From positions 224,001 to 288,000 of the forward strand of contig CBDHDG010000007.1 of assembly GCA_965261595.1 (NCBI GenBank): a DNA stretch of 64,000 nt. Direction: 5' to 3'. Source of the stretch: a bacterium (GTDB lineage Bacteria; UBA8248; JACPRG01; G963555815). Each line of letters begins with the position of its first letter. Position 1 is the first letter of the stretch. Shown piece by piece: positions 19,707 to 29,479 of this stretch. The notes beneath the pieces were generated by a model. The model did not search any database. It was not told the DNA's origin and saw only the letters and a list, made by a program, of their open reading frames with translations. Made by a program: the position numbers and the translations under genes.

Positions 19707-21037
19707 GAAGGTTCCTCTTCGTCTGCGTCATGGTCGTGGTGATGTTCGGCCAGGACGCTTCGTTCATCTTCGATGACGTTAATGCGAGACTTCTCAATGA
19801 TGTAGTCAAGCGCTTTGCCCCGGCGAAGCTCCGCTTCGATTCCGCCCATCCCGTCCCGGTTTTCCAGGAGCGAGCGGAACTCCGTGTACGGCTTACCGTT
19901 CCGTTCCGCCATCCGGCGCACCTCGGCCTCCACCTGCGAGGCCGTAACCCGGGTGTCGGTCTGATCGGCAATCCGGTCCATCAGGATTCGTTGGCGGATG
20001 TTCCGGCGGGTCTGGGGGTCCAACTCGTCCGCGAGCTTCTCGGGGTCCAGTTGTTTCCGGTCTTCCGGGGAAACCATGGCGTAAATCCGCTGGATCAAGG
20101 CGTCGCGCTCCGCCTTCAGAAGGCCTTGGGGGATTTCGAATTGGAGCTCCCCCGTCAGGGCTTCCAGGACGGACTCCTTGAGAGCCGACATCCCCTGCCC
20201 TTCGGCGGTTTTCTCCAGGTCTTCACGGACGGCGGCCCGGATGTCCTCCAACGAATCGTACTCGCCCAAAGTCCGCGCGAATTCGTCATTCAAATCCGGG
20301 TAGACCGGAATCTTGATTTCTCGCACGGTTACGGCGAAATGGGCCGTTTTCCCGACAAGCTCGGGGTTCCGGTGCTCATCGGGAAAGATGGCTTCCACCC
20401 TGCGGGTCTCATCGACGACCGCGCCCGGAAGCGCCTGTTCAAACTCGGGCAGGAGATCGCCCTGCCCTACGCGGAAGACCTGACCTTGGGATTTCAGGTC
20501 ATCGCGCTCCACGCCGTCCACGGTCCCGGTGATGTCCAAAACAAGGTAATCCCCCTCTTGGACCGGCCGCTCTTCAGTGCTCTCGAGCTGGGCGTTCTGT
20601 TCTCTGAGGTGTTCGAGCATGTGCGCCACGTCTTCGTCCTGGACGCACGGAACAGGCTTCGTGAACTCCCGGCCTTCATAGGAGGGGGTGTCAAAAGGAG
20701 GGATAACCTCGATAGTGGCCTTGAAACGGAGGGCCTCCCGGTCGTTCATCTCTACAGCGTCCACCTTGGGTTGTCCCACCGCTTCGAGGGCGTTTTCCTC
20801 CAGGGCGGCCGCACAGGATTCGGGGATCAGGGTTTCCAGGACATCCCGCTCGACCGTGTCGTGGTAGTGCCGCTCCAGGATGCTCTGCGGGATCTTTCCC
20901 TTTCGGAAACCGGGAATACGCACACTTTTACGGAGCCGGCCGTACGCCCGGTCAAAGGCCCGGCCGACCTCTTCTCCGGGCACCTCGATCGAGAGTTCCC
21001 TGGTGCAGGCGTCGATCTCTTCAACGTTTACGCGCAT
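19703..21037 (-). CDS. tig: Trigger factor
   Basis: [10 protein letters not shown] ribosome-binding motif and FKBP domain; tig-clpP-clpX-lon order. Confidence 0.96.
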   Translation of the reverse strand: MRVNVEEIDACTRELSIEVPGEEVGRAFDRAYGRLRKSVRIPGFRKGKIPQSILERHYHDTVERDVLETLIPESCAAALEENALEAVGQPKVDAVEMNDREALRFKATIEVIPPFDTPSYEGREFTKPVPCVQDEDVAHMLEHLREQNAQLESTEERPVQEGDYLVLDITGTVDGVERDDLKSQGQVFRVGQGDLLPEFEQALPGAVVDETRRVEAIFPDEHRNPELVGKTAHFAVTVREIKIPVYPDLNDEFARTLGEYDSLEDIRAAVREDLEKTAEGQGMSALKESVLEALTGELQFEIPQGLLKAERDALIQRIYAMVSPEDRKQLDPEKLADELDPQTRRNIRQRILMDRIADQTDTRVTASQVEAEVRRMAERNGKPYTEFRSLLENRDGMGGIEAELRRGKALDYIIEKSRINVIEDERSVLAEHHHDHDADEEEPS

Positions 21038-21161
21038 TGAGGATCCGGATGCGGAGGAAATCGAGGAGGTCAAGAAACGTGCATCGGCAGAGCGGCGGCA
21101 CGGGCCGTATCGCCCGCCTCATCCGGCGCGCCGCACCCGGCCCCCCAGAGAGTTCGGGTCC

Positions 21162-21245
21162 TGGTGCGAGAGGGGGGATTCGAACCCCCACGCCCGAAGG
21201 CACTAGATCCTAAGTCTAGCGCGTCTGCCATTCCGCCACCCTCGC
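21162..21245 (-). tRNA. tRNA-Leu(TAG)
   Basis: Long variable arm; CTAGA-CT TAG GA-TCTAG; CCA. Confidence 0.96.
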
Positions 21246-21296
21246 CTGTCATCGCCTTGACCCTTCCAAGTAGAAAGGCGCCGGAGGAGGATGATT

Positions 21297-21372
21297 TGGT
21301 GAGCCGCCAGGGAATCGAACCCCGAACCCACGGATTAAGAGTCCGTTGCTCTGCCAATTGAGCTAGCGGCCC
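21297..21372 (-). tRNA. tRNA-Lys(CTT)
   Basis: ACGGA-CT CTT AA-TCCGT; CCA. Confidence 0.95.
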
Positions 21373-21380
21373 AAGCTGTT

Positions 21381-21457
<77 letters not shown>

Positions 21458-21476
21458 CCAGAAAAAAAACAAGGTT

Positions 21477-21554
21477 TGGGGTGAGCGAAGGGATTCGAAC
21501 CCTCGACCCCTGGGACCACAACCCAGTGCTCTAACCGGCTGAGCTACGCTCACC
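21477..21554 (-). tRNA. tRNA-His(GTG)
   Basis: CTGGG-TT GTG GT-CCCAG; encoded G-1; CCA. Confidence 0.96.
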
Positions 21555-21571
21555 ACGGGCGCATGTTGCGC

Positions 21572-21648
21572 TGGTACGCCCGAGAGGACTCGAACCTCTG
21601 ACCTACGGATTAGAAGTCCGTCGCTCTATCCACCTGAGCTACGGGCGC
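21572..21648 (-). tRNA. tRNA-Arg(TCT)
   Basis: ACGGA-CT TCT AA-TCCGT; CCA. Confidence 0.96.
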
Positions 21649-21720
21649 ATCGAAAAAATCAAGCCCCCGGGGATTCGGGGAAAAATCGCATGTCCCCCCC
21701 CCTTGCGTGTCTGGATTGAA

Positions 21721-21749
21721 AATCTAGCCCTCAATCCCGGGATTGTCAA
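21721..21749 (-). promoter_or_regulatory. Putative sigma70 promoter of the tRNA cluster
   Basis: Minus strand TTGACA-17 nt-TAGATT. Confidence 0.65.
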
Positions 21750-21862
21750 GGATTCGCCGACTCGGCGCGTCCCCCAGAATCCGTTGCCCCAAACCCTTGA
21801 CACTTATCCCGGACGCTCCATCAAGCTGTCAAAAAATTCGCGCTGACCTAGGATAGATAGCT

Positions 21863-22391
21863 GTGCACGCCGCCGTTGCGACCGGACCGGGCGGCAACCA
21901 TCCCCCCCCCTCTCTCTACGGAGCCGAAAAAGTCTTGGCGCGTTCGTCCAGCACATTCGTCCGGAAATCCATCTCTTATCTCTCCGCCAACCGGCGAAGA
22001 ATCCTTCCTTTCATCGTTATCGGAGGAACGGCATTTCTGATTAATTGGGGGCTGTTCAAGCTGTTTCGGACAGCCGGGATGACATCGCGCGTCCAGGTGA
22101 ACCTGGCTCTGGCCGTCTCGATGGAGATCAGCATCCTGTATAATTTTGTGTTGCAATATCGTTGGACCTGGAAGGATACGGTCCGATTGCGCGGCTGGAG
22201 ATACCTCGCCCGGGCTGCGACTTTTCACGGGGCCGTGGGCGTGGGCGCGGTGCTTCGACTGATCATCTTCCCCCTCGGCCAATCGATCGACCTTCAGGAC
22301 GACTTGAATTTTGTCATCGGCGTGGCCGTCGCCACCCTGATCGATTTTGTTCTCTATGACTAAGGTGGTCTTCAAGAAGGCCGCGCACTGA
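21863..22391 (+). CDS. GtrA-family membrane protein, apparent +1 frameshift near the 3' end
   Basis: FIVIGGTAFLIN...EISILYNFVLQYRWTW pattern with four TM segments. Stop at 22361-22363; the shifted frame continues KVVFKKAAH*. Start uncertain. Confidence 0.75.
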
Positions 22392-22486
22392 GGCCGCGTC
22401 GATTGTCATGACGAAGGCCCTCGTATAGAATCTCAAGAGGACGGCTTGACGGAATCGCGGACAAACCCCTTACACGTTGACTCGAC

Positions 22487-22987
22487 ATGCGAGAAACAGC
22501 GGTTCAACAGATCATAGAAGGCCTCAAAGAGGCGGGGGTGAGCGTGGTGTGCTACCTCCCGGACTCTTTGCTCAAAGAGATCTACCCGGCCCTCGATCAG
22601 GACCCCGAAATCCGCACGATTCCCGTCACCAATGAAGGCGAAGGGGCGGCGATTTGCGGAGGGGTCTGGTTGTCAGGAAAACGGGCCGCGCTGATCATGG
22701 AAAACTCAGGTCTTCGGGCGGCGACCGAACACCTCGCCCGGCTGGGCCTGGGCTCCGGGATCCCGGTCATCATGCTGATGAGCTACCGCGGGGACCTCGG
22801 GGAGAACAACTGGTGGGCGATCCCCCACGGCCAGACCATGGAGCCCATCCTTCAGGCCCTGCGTGTTCCCTACCGGCTGGTGTATGAGGAGGAGAAGATC
22901 AAGCGGGCCATCCTGGACGCTTACGAATCCGCGTACACGGCGTACTACCATACGGCCGTGGTTCTCTCCGGGAGCATTGTGCGTTGA
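22487..22987 (+). CDS. ThDP-dependent decarboxylase alpha subunit (sulfopyruvate/phosphonopyruvate decarboxylase ComD-like)
   Basis: YLPDS, NEGEGAAICGG, MENSG and SYRGD motifs. Confidence 0.85.
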   Translation: MRETAVQQIIEGLKEAGVSVVCYLPDSLLKEIYPALDQDPEIRTIPVTNEGEGAAICGGVWLSGKRAALIMENSGLRAATEHLARLGLGSGIPVIMLMSYRGDLGENNWWAIPHGQTMEPILQALRVPYRLVYEEEKIKRAILDAYESAYTAYYHTAVVLSGSIVR

Positions 22988-23589
22988 ACCGTTATGAGTG
23001 CATGAAGGTCCTGGGGGACAAGCTCAAGGACGAGCTGGTCATCCTGTCATTGGGGGGCAGCGTGGACGAGTGGTATAACGCCGCTCCCCACATGCGCGAG
23101 GCCAGCCTCTTTCAACAACAGCTCGGCTGCGTGACGCCCGAGGCGTTCGGCCTGGCTGTCGGCCTGCCTCACCGGAAGGTCGTCTCCCTCGACACGGACG
23201 GAGGGATGCTGTTCAACCTGGGCATCTTGGCGACGCTGGTGAACGAGCAGCCGAAGAACCTCTTCATTGTGGTGTGGGACAACGAGTGTTACCTCTCCAT
23301 CGGCGGTCCCCCGACCCACACCGCCAAGCGGGCCGACCTCGCCGGCATGGCGCGGGGGACGGGGATCGAGCACGCCTACACGGTGGACAACCTCGACAAG
23401 TTTGAAGGTCTCTGTGAGCAGGGCCTGGCGGCCGATGAGTTGTATCTCATCGTGGCCAAGGTGGCGCCGGGCGTTCAGCCCGATATCCGGCGAAAGCACA
23501 GCGACGGCCGGGAGGACAAGTACATCTTTGTCCGCCACGTGGAAAAGACAGAGGGCGTCTCCATCATGGGACCGAGCGAGCACAACTGA
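22984..23589 (+). CDS. ThDP-dependent decarboxylase beta subunit (ComE-like)
   Basis: DTDGGMLFNLG...WDNECY ThDP motif variant; TTGA overlap with the alpha subunit. Confidence 0.85.
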   Translation: MNRYECMKVLGDKLKDELVILSLGGSVDEWYNAAPHMREASLFQQQLGCVTPEAFGLAVGLPHRKVVSLDTDGGMLFNLGILATLVNEQPKNLFIVVWDNECYLSIGGPPTHTAKRADLAGMARGTGIEHAYTVDNLDKFEGLCEQGLAADELYLIVAKVAPGVQPDIRRKHSDGREDKYIFVRHVEKTEGVSIMGPSEHN

Positions 23590-23606
23590 TCCGCGCGGAC
23601 CGATTC

Positions 23607-23640
23607 GGGGGCGGACGCGGCTCACTTCCGCCCCCTTTCT
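23607..23640 (+). terminator. Possible intrinsic terminator
   Basis: GGGGGCGGA...TCCGCCCCC followed by TTTCT. Confidence 0.45.
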
Positions 23641-23806
23641 CCCGTAAGGGGCCCGCCCCCAGGATCTTGTTCCAGCCTGATTGCGACCTTTCCGGCAAAC
23701 TGAACCCATGAAACGATAGAAACATCCGGGCGCCGGCGTTTCGCCGGAAGGTCGGCGTTGTTTCATCGAGAACCATCGAACGATTGCGAAAGAGAGGGGA
23801 TCCCCA

Positions 23807-25093
23807 ATGCAACGCAAGACCATCCTGTGTCCGGATGTTCCGAAACCGATTGCGGGCTCGCACGCGGTGAAGGCGGGCGACTTCGTCTTTGTGGGCGGGC
23901 AGATTCCGACCGATTATCGAACCGGCCTGGTTCCCGAAGCGAGGGTCGGCCGAGGGGCCGATGAGCCTGTCGTCGCTTCCAGACTCCAGTCCGAAGCCAT
24001 CCTTCGGAACACCGAGAAAATTCTACGGGAAGCGGGCTCTTCCCTGGAGCTCGGCGTCCGAATCGATCAGTTCTGCACCCACCCCGACGCGGCATCGCCC
24101 TACCTTGAGGTCCGGACGCGACACATCGACCCCCAGACCCGGCCGTCGAGCACGCATATCCAAATCGAATCCCTCCTGGTCCCCCGGGCGTTGTGCGGCC
24201 TTCAGGTGATCGCGCTGACGGAGGAGACGTCCGCGAAGAAAGAGATGGTCGTCGTGCCGAGTTTAAGCACGTCCCCCGGCCCTCCCTTCAAGCCCAGCCC
24301 CCAGGCTACGACGGCTGGAGACTTCGTTTTCGTCACGGGTCAAGTGGCAAGCGACTTCCAATCCGGTCTGGCGGCGGAGGTCCGGAAGAATCCCGATTTC
24401 TGGTATGGGTCGCCTATCAAGCTTCAAACCGAATACATCATGAAACGGTTTGAGAGCATCCTCAAGGCCTCGCGGAGCTCCCTGCGAAACGTCGTTCGGG
24501 CCGATGTCTACCTGACGGACATGAAGGATTTTCACCAGTTCGAAGAGATTTGGAAAAACTATTTTCCGGAAGAGCCTCCCGCCAGGACGTTCATTCCCGT
24601 CAAGCGACTCGGTCCGAAAGACTGCATCGTGGAAATCAACATGATCGCCCTCAAAGAGGGGAGCGGCTTGACGAAGGAAACGGTTCACGCCGACGGCGTC
24701 CCGGACCCGGATGTTCATCATCCCCACGCCGTCCGGGCGGGGAATTTTGTCTTTCTCTCCGGGATGTACGCCACGGATTTCGCGGAAGGCTTGGCCCCCG
24801 AAGCGAGGATCAGCCCCGGACTTCCGTGGTTCGACTCATCGGCGAAAAAACAGACGGAATACATCCTGAAGAATATGGACGCCATTTGCGGGGCGGCGGG
24901 GACACGCCTTGAGAATGTGGTTTGGATGCAAAGTTTTTACACGGACCCGGCGGACTTTTTTCCGGCTTCGGAAGTCTGGCGGACCCGCTTCCCGAAGGAT
25001 CCGCCCGCTCTATTGACGGGCCAAGTCCAACCCCCGCATCTGATTGAGGACTGCACCATCCTGTTCGACGCCGTGGCGATTATCGACGACTAG
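23807..25093 (+). CDS. Rid/YjgF-family protein with three tandem domains
   Basis: Three repeats of about 140 aa: AGDFVFVGGQ, AGDFVFVTGQ and AGNFVFLSGM, each followed by Q(S/T)ExI..L..(A)G/SSL. Confidence 0.88.
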   Translation: MQRKTILCPDVPKPIAGSHAVKAGDFVFVGGQIPTDYRTGLVPEARVGRGADEPVVASRLQSEAILRNTEKILREAGSSLELGVRIDQFCTHPDAASPYLEVRTRHIDPQTRPSSTHIQIESLLVPRALCGLQVIALTEETSAKKEMVVVPSLSTSPGPPFKPSPQATTAGDFVFVTGQVASDFQSGLAAEVRKNPDFWYGSPIKLQTEYIMKRFESILKASRSSLRNVVRADVYLTDMKDFHQFEEIWKNYFPEEPPARTFIPVKRLGPKDCIVEINMIALKEGSGLTKETVHADGVPDPDVHHPHAVRAGNFVFLSGMYATDFAEGLAPEARISPGLPWFDSSAKKQTEYILKNMDAICGAAGTRLENVVWMQSFYTDPADFFPASEVWRTRFPKDPPALLTGQVQPPHLIEDCTILFDAVAIIDD

Positions 25094-25204
25094 GGGCTCG
25101 GCGCCGCAGACTCCCGCCCCGCGCTCCGTCAGACTCCCCAACCCCTGTCCATCTCGGGCAAGGCCGTCAAAAAAAGGGCCGGCTTCCGCTAATCCATTTA
25201 TTCT

Positions 25205-26156
25205 TTAGTCGGGGCGCACCGGATTTAAACCTCCGATTCCCAGCACCGCCATAAGGTTTTCTAGAAGTTCCCTCCGCTTGGCATGGTCTAGGAGATTAAG
25301 GTTTTCCATCTTCCACCGAATGGTAGGTAGGTTTTCGATTCCGCTCAAATCGAGTAAATACCAGTTGGGTTCTCCGCGCTTGAAGGAAAGCAAAAACTTC
25401 CTGTGAGACGGAGGCATTTTTCCGACGATCTCCGATATGAGCGCCTCTCTTGCATCAATCAACTCTCAACTCTTCCAGTTTAACTGGAGTCTCCGTCATC
25501 CCGCTGAAGCCGCGCTCGAACTCCTGGGAGATATCCCGCCTCGTTGGAGCAAGCACTTCCGCCATGGGGCGGTTGTGGCTTAGGAGATAGACAATGAAGG
25601 CGTTGCGCAGGCCATCGTCGATTCCTTCGTTTGCCAAGAGCCCGCGTACATCGAACAAGTCCCGGGGATGCTGGCGATCGAGGGCCGCAACGATCTTCCC
25701 GGCAAAAAGGTCGGCGAATGAAACCATCTGAACCTCTGCGTAGCCGAAGACCTTTTCTACTCGGGGCGACACGGTTCTCATCTCAGGCTCGTAAACGCAG
25801 CCCCTGAGAACCGGCGTTACTTCAATTTTGATCTGAATGCCCTGGTCGCGCACCAAAAGCTTGTTTACCGTTTTCTCGCTGTGGAGCGGGATTTCGTCCA
25901 CGTTACTTCTGGGCAGTCCGTCAGAGATGCCCTTGGCGATACGGCGCATGGCTGCATCGATTCCACGGAGGGATGCTTCACGGCCCTCCACGGGCAGGTA
26001 GGTGAGGTCAATATCAACAGAGAGGCGAGGCATATCCCTGATAAATAGGTTGATGGCCGTTCCGCCCTTCAGGGCGAAACACGTTTCTTCCGCAATGAAA
26101 GGGAGAATCCGCACGAGCATGGCAGCCTGGCGGCGGTATTGCTCATCCGCGGTCAT
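25205..26156 (-). pseudogene. AbiEii-family nucleotidyltransferase toxin, frameshifted
   Basis: LKGGTAINLF...RLSVDIDL and RQHPRDLFD motifs. Split into 233-aa and 85-aa ORFs by a CAACTCT tandem duplication at 25460-25473. Confidence 0.88.
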
Positions 26157-26994
26157 TCATATCCTCAGGCACTGTGATCAGAAATTTCGAATCGAGCTTT
26201 CCACCCCGCACGAGCATCCGCTTGCCTTTACCCAAATCGATGCGTTCCCGCTTGATTTTGGACAGCCATCGGAATCCATGCCGCTCGGCGAACCACAGAA
26301 ACAGGCGCTTCACCTTGACGCTTCGGCAATCTTCCAGGAGTCTCTGCAACCGGCTCGGACGAAGCGTTCGCAGGCCCCCCATCAGCATCTCGGCCTGATG
26401 GAACGTCTCTTTCTGAGGGACTTCGTCCAGAAGCTCCAGAATGGCGCGCTCCGGAGTGGACAAGACCAAAAGCCAATCCCAGTGCCCCCATGCTTGGCGG
26501 GTCAAGCTGCCTTGTATGGATGCGTTGCTCGGGATGCTTTGAGCTTGAATGTTCCTATTCCCGCTACCCAGCGCCCAGCCAATCCGCTCCTCGCGGAACA
26601 GCTTTCGGGCGTTGTGGAAGACGAAGCGGATATCCAGCTTCAGCTTGTGCACCCAACTCGGCAGTGACCCATCGCCGTACAGGTGAACCTCTTGCATACC
26701 GCCAAGTGGCAAATAGTGAGCGAACCCCTGAAGTTCCAAAGCCGTGCGGCCACCGGCGATAACCGGCATTTTCAGAAGGGTTTGCACGGAAATGAGCACT
26801 TGCTGCCATTGCAACTTTCCGCTGGGCCGCCGGTATACCCCTCTGGCGGGCTGATCAAGCCAACCGGCGGAAACGTACTGGCTGCGGAGCGCGCTGGAAT
26901 AGCCTCTTTCCTTTAGCCAGGCGGCATCGGCCAACAGCCCTTCCGGGAGACTCTGCTGAAGCTGGTTTAGCTTTTGTCTGCGTTGCTCAGTCAT
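26143..26994 (-). CDS. AbiEi-family type IV antitoxin / transcriptional regulator
   Basis: N-terminal wHTH (WLDQPARGVYRRP), GGRTALELQG, STPERAILELL and CRSVKVKRLFL motifs; overlaps the toxin start. Confidence 0.92.
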   Translation of the reverse strand: MTEQRRQKLNQLQQSLPEGLLADAAWLKERGYSSALRSQYVSAGWLDQPARGVYRRPSGKLQWQQVLISVQTLLKMPVIAGGRTALELQGFAHYLPLGGMQEVHLYGDGSLPSWVHKLKLDIRFVFHNARKLFREERIGWALGSGNRNIQAQSIPSNASIQGSLTRQAWGHWDWLLVLSTPERAILELLDEVPQKETFHQAEMLMGGLRTLRPSRLQRLLEDCRSVKVKRLFLWFAERHGFRWLSKIKRERIDLGKGKRMLVRGGKLDSKFLITVPEDMNDRG

Positions 26995-27001
26995 GCTAAG
27001 T

Positions 27002-27049
27002 AAAATAGCGCTTTTTCAAACCAAAGCAAGTTTGAAAATCGGCTATTTT
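27002..27049. promoter_or_regulatory. Inverted-repeat operator upstream of abiEi
   Basis: AAAATAGCGCTTTTTCAAAC-8 nt-GTTTGAAAATCGGCTATTTT, 17/20 complementary. Confidence 0.65.
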
Positions 27050-27211
27050 GACAAGCTAAGCTGTGCAAAACAGGGCGAGTTTAAACCAAATCTTGGGCAA
27101 CCCCTTCCTTCCCCAACACACCGGGGATATTTTGGATTGCCCCCCAACTGGTGAACAAGGACATAGGGGAATCACGGGGACACCTGATAATTTGAGTAAG
27201 GATCTCAGGGC

Positions 27212-27239
27212 AAAAAGGGCCGGCCACCGCCGGCCCCTT
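27212..27239 (-). terminator. Intrinsic terminator after tRNA-Pro
   Basis: Minus strand AAGGGGCCGGC-GGTG-GCCGGCCC-TTTTT. Confidence 0.75.
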
Positions 27240-27246
27240 GGATTTA

Positions 27247-27324
<78 letters not shown>

Positions 27325-27750
27325 TGAATGCCGGACCGAGCCGCGCTCCGGCCCTCTCAATCTAAGCCGCCCGGCGCATGGGGGCAACTTCGACGATGGA
27401 TAACGGACACGGCTCGACAGCGGGACGCCATCCGGCAAGGTGCGCCGCGAACAGAGGATCCGACGTCCCGAAGAAAGCGGCCTTTCCTGAAAGACAAACA
27501 AATCCACCCCTGATCCCCTGAGATGAAATTCTCCCGGAGCCACATCGCCATTGAACCCAGCGGCCGGGTCATGTTGTGTTCCGCAATCGTTTCTGATATC
27601 TGTGTCCTTCAGAGGGTTTGCGATCCCCCACTTTTGAATTCACAACCGAAGATCTCACTGAAAAGTCGGGGGCGTGATGCCGGCGGCCCCGGGGTAGATC
27701 GCGCACGAGACCGGCCAAGTGGGTTCTTTTGCCGATGGAGGAGGTAAAAA

Positions 27751-28797
27751 ATGAAAAGAAGCCTGAACTGGAAATTCGCCGCCGCATTCTGCGCGTTCTT
27801 GATGCTCGGAGCGCTCTCCTCAGCGTCCCTTGCGGGCGCGGCCAAGTACGTGATCAAGTTCTCTCATGGCATGCCCATGAAGATGGCATCGGACCAGCAT
27901 GCCCTGGCGGTGGTGTTCAAGAACATCGTCGAGGCCGGCTCCAACGGCGAGATCGAGGTCCGCATCCTGGGCGCCAACACCGGCGGGAACGAGCGACAGC
28001 AGATAGAGCGCGTCCAGAACGGCATCAACCAGATGGCCAACGTGAGCGAGGGCACGCAGCCTTCGTTCTTCAAGCCCGCCCTGGTATTGGGGATGCCCTT
28101 CCTGTTCAGTTCCTCCGCGGTGGCGTGGGAGGTCCTGGACGGCCCCTTCGGGAAGAAGTACAACGAGGCGTTCCTCAAGGCCACCGGCATCCGAATCCTC
28201 GGTCACACCGAGAGCGGGTTTCGAAGCCTGTTCAACAGCAAGCGGCTCGTGAAGATGCCGGCGGACTTGAAGGGGCTCAAGATCCGCACCATGCAGAACC
28301 CCGCCCACATGGCCATGATGAAGGGCCTCGGGGCCAATCCCACTCCCATCGCCTGGACGGAGGTGTACACCTCTTTGCAGCAACGCGTCGTGGACGGGAT
28401 GGAGAACCCGCCGGGGTTGTTCTACTTGATGAAGTTCTATGAGCACCAAAAGTACCTCACGGTCGACCGGCACCTCTACAGCCTTCACACCACGATCATC
28501 AACGAGCGGTTCTTCCAGTCCCTGCCCAAGAAATATCAGGACTTGGTCACGGGGGCCGCCCGCACCGGGACGGTCGTCGGACGGGGGGTCGGCTACATCG
28601 CCGAGATGAGCGCCATCGGCAAGCTGAAGAAGAAGGGCATTCAGGTGTACGTTCCCAATGCCGAGGAGTACGAGCAGTTCCGCAAGCTGGGCCGTCCGCC
28701 CGCGGAGAAGTACATCAGGAGCAAGATTGGAGATGATTGGGTGGACGCAGCCTTAAAGGCCGTGGCGGAGGTGGAGGCCAAGGTCAGCGGCCGGTAA
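27751..28797 (+). CDS. TRAP transporter substrate-binding protein (DctP family)
   Basis: Signal peptide; DLKGLKIRT and EVYTSLQQRVVDGMEN motifs; GGAGG RBS. Confidence 0.93.
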   Translation: MKRSLNWKFAAAFCAFLMLGALSSASLAGAAKYVIKFSHGMPMKMASDQHALAVVFKNIVEAGSNGEIEVRILGANTGGNERQQIERVQNGINQMANVSEGTQPSFFKPALVLGMPFLFSSSAVAWEVLDGPFGKKYNEAFLKATGIRILGHTESGFRSLFNSKRLVKMPADLKGLKIRTMQNPAHMAMMKGLGANPTPIAWTEVYTSLQQRVVDGMENPPGLFYLMKFYEHQKYLTVDRHLYSLHTTIINERFFQSLPKKYQDLVTGAARTGTVVGRGVGYIAEMSAIGKLKKKGIQVYVPNAEEYEQFRKLGRPPAEKYIRSKIGDDWVDAALKAVAEVEAKVSGR

Positions 28798-28820
28798 ATC
28801 AGGTCGGTTTCTCGGACGGG

Positions 28821-28852
28821 AGAGGGGCCTGCGGCGTCGGGCCCCTCTTCTT
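28821..28852 (+). terminator. Hairpin after the DctP gene
   Basis: AGAGGGGCC...GGCCCCTCT followed by TCTT. Confidence 0.5.
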
Positions 28853-28926
28853 GTCTCTTCGCCGACGGCGCCTCGCCCGTCGGGGTCGCGGATGGATCGA
28901 TCGCCGGGCCGGAGAGGCCTCGAGCC

Positions 28927-29421
28927 ATGTTCGAAAATATCGACTCGGCCATCTGCCGAATCACCGGCTTCCTCGTCATCATGTTGCTGGCCGCGATGAC
29001 GTTTTCCACGCTGCTCGGGGTCTTTTACCGTTACGTATTGAGCGATGCGCTGACGTGGCCGGAGGAGTTGGCGCGTTACGCCATGGTCTGGGTGACGGGC
29101 CTGGGTTCCAGCCTGGCCCTGCGCTACGGCGATCACGTCGCGGTCGAATTCTTCGTCCAGCGGCTGCCCGCCGCGTGGGGGCGCCGGGTCATCCTGGGGG
29201 GACGTCTCCTCGTTCTCCTTTTCCTGTTTCTGATGGTTTTTTTCGGTGCGGACATGACGGGACGGGTCTCTCACCAGGAGTCCGCGGCGATGGAGATATC
29301 CATGTCCATCCCCAACCTGGCGATCCCCGTGGGGGGCGCGCTGATGATTTACCACTTGCTGGTGCTGATGCTCGGACGCGGAGGCGGAACGTCGGATCGG
29401 CCTGAATTTCCGACGGCCTGA
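28927..29421 (+). CDS. TRAP transporter small permease (DctQ)
   Basis: RYV...WPEELARY...HVAVE motifs; four TM segments. Confidence 0.92.
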   Translation: MFENIDSAICRITGFLVIMLLAAMTFSTLLGVFYRYVLSDALTWPEELARYAMVWVTGLGSSLALRYGDHVAVEFFVQRLPAAWGRRVILGGRLLVLLFLFLMVFFGADMTGRVSHQESAAMEISMSIPNLAIPVGGALMIYHLLVLMLGRGGGTSDRPEFPTA

Positions 29422-29479
29422 GCCTCCGTGATGTCGTGCGGTGGACCCCATTGACACCCGGCGGAGAGGAGAACCCTGG

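Noticed and set aside
19703..19745. His-rich tail of trigger factor (EHHHDHD)
   Set aside because: Short low-complexity tail; no support for a metal-binding function from sequence alone.
19730..21040. Long antisense ORFs (e.g. 19730-21040, 29648-30814, 42025-43215, 44225-45676)
   Set aside because: Shadow ORFs expected opposite high-GC genes; no recognisable motifs.
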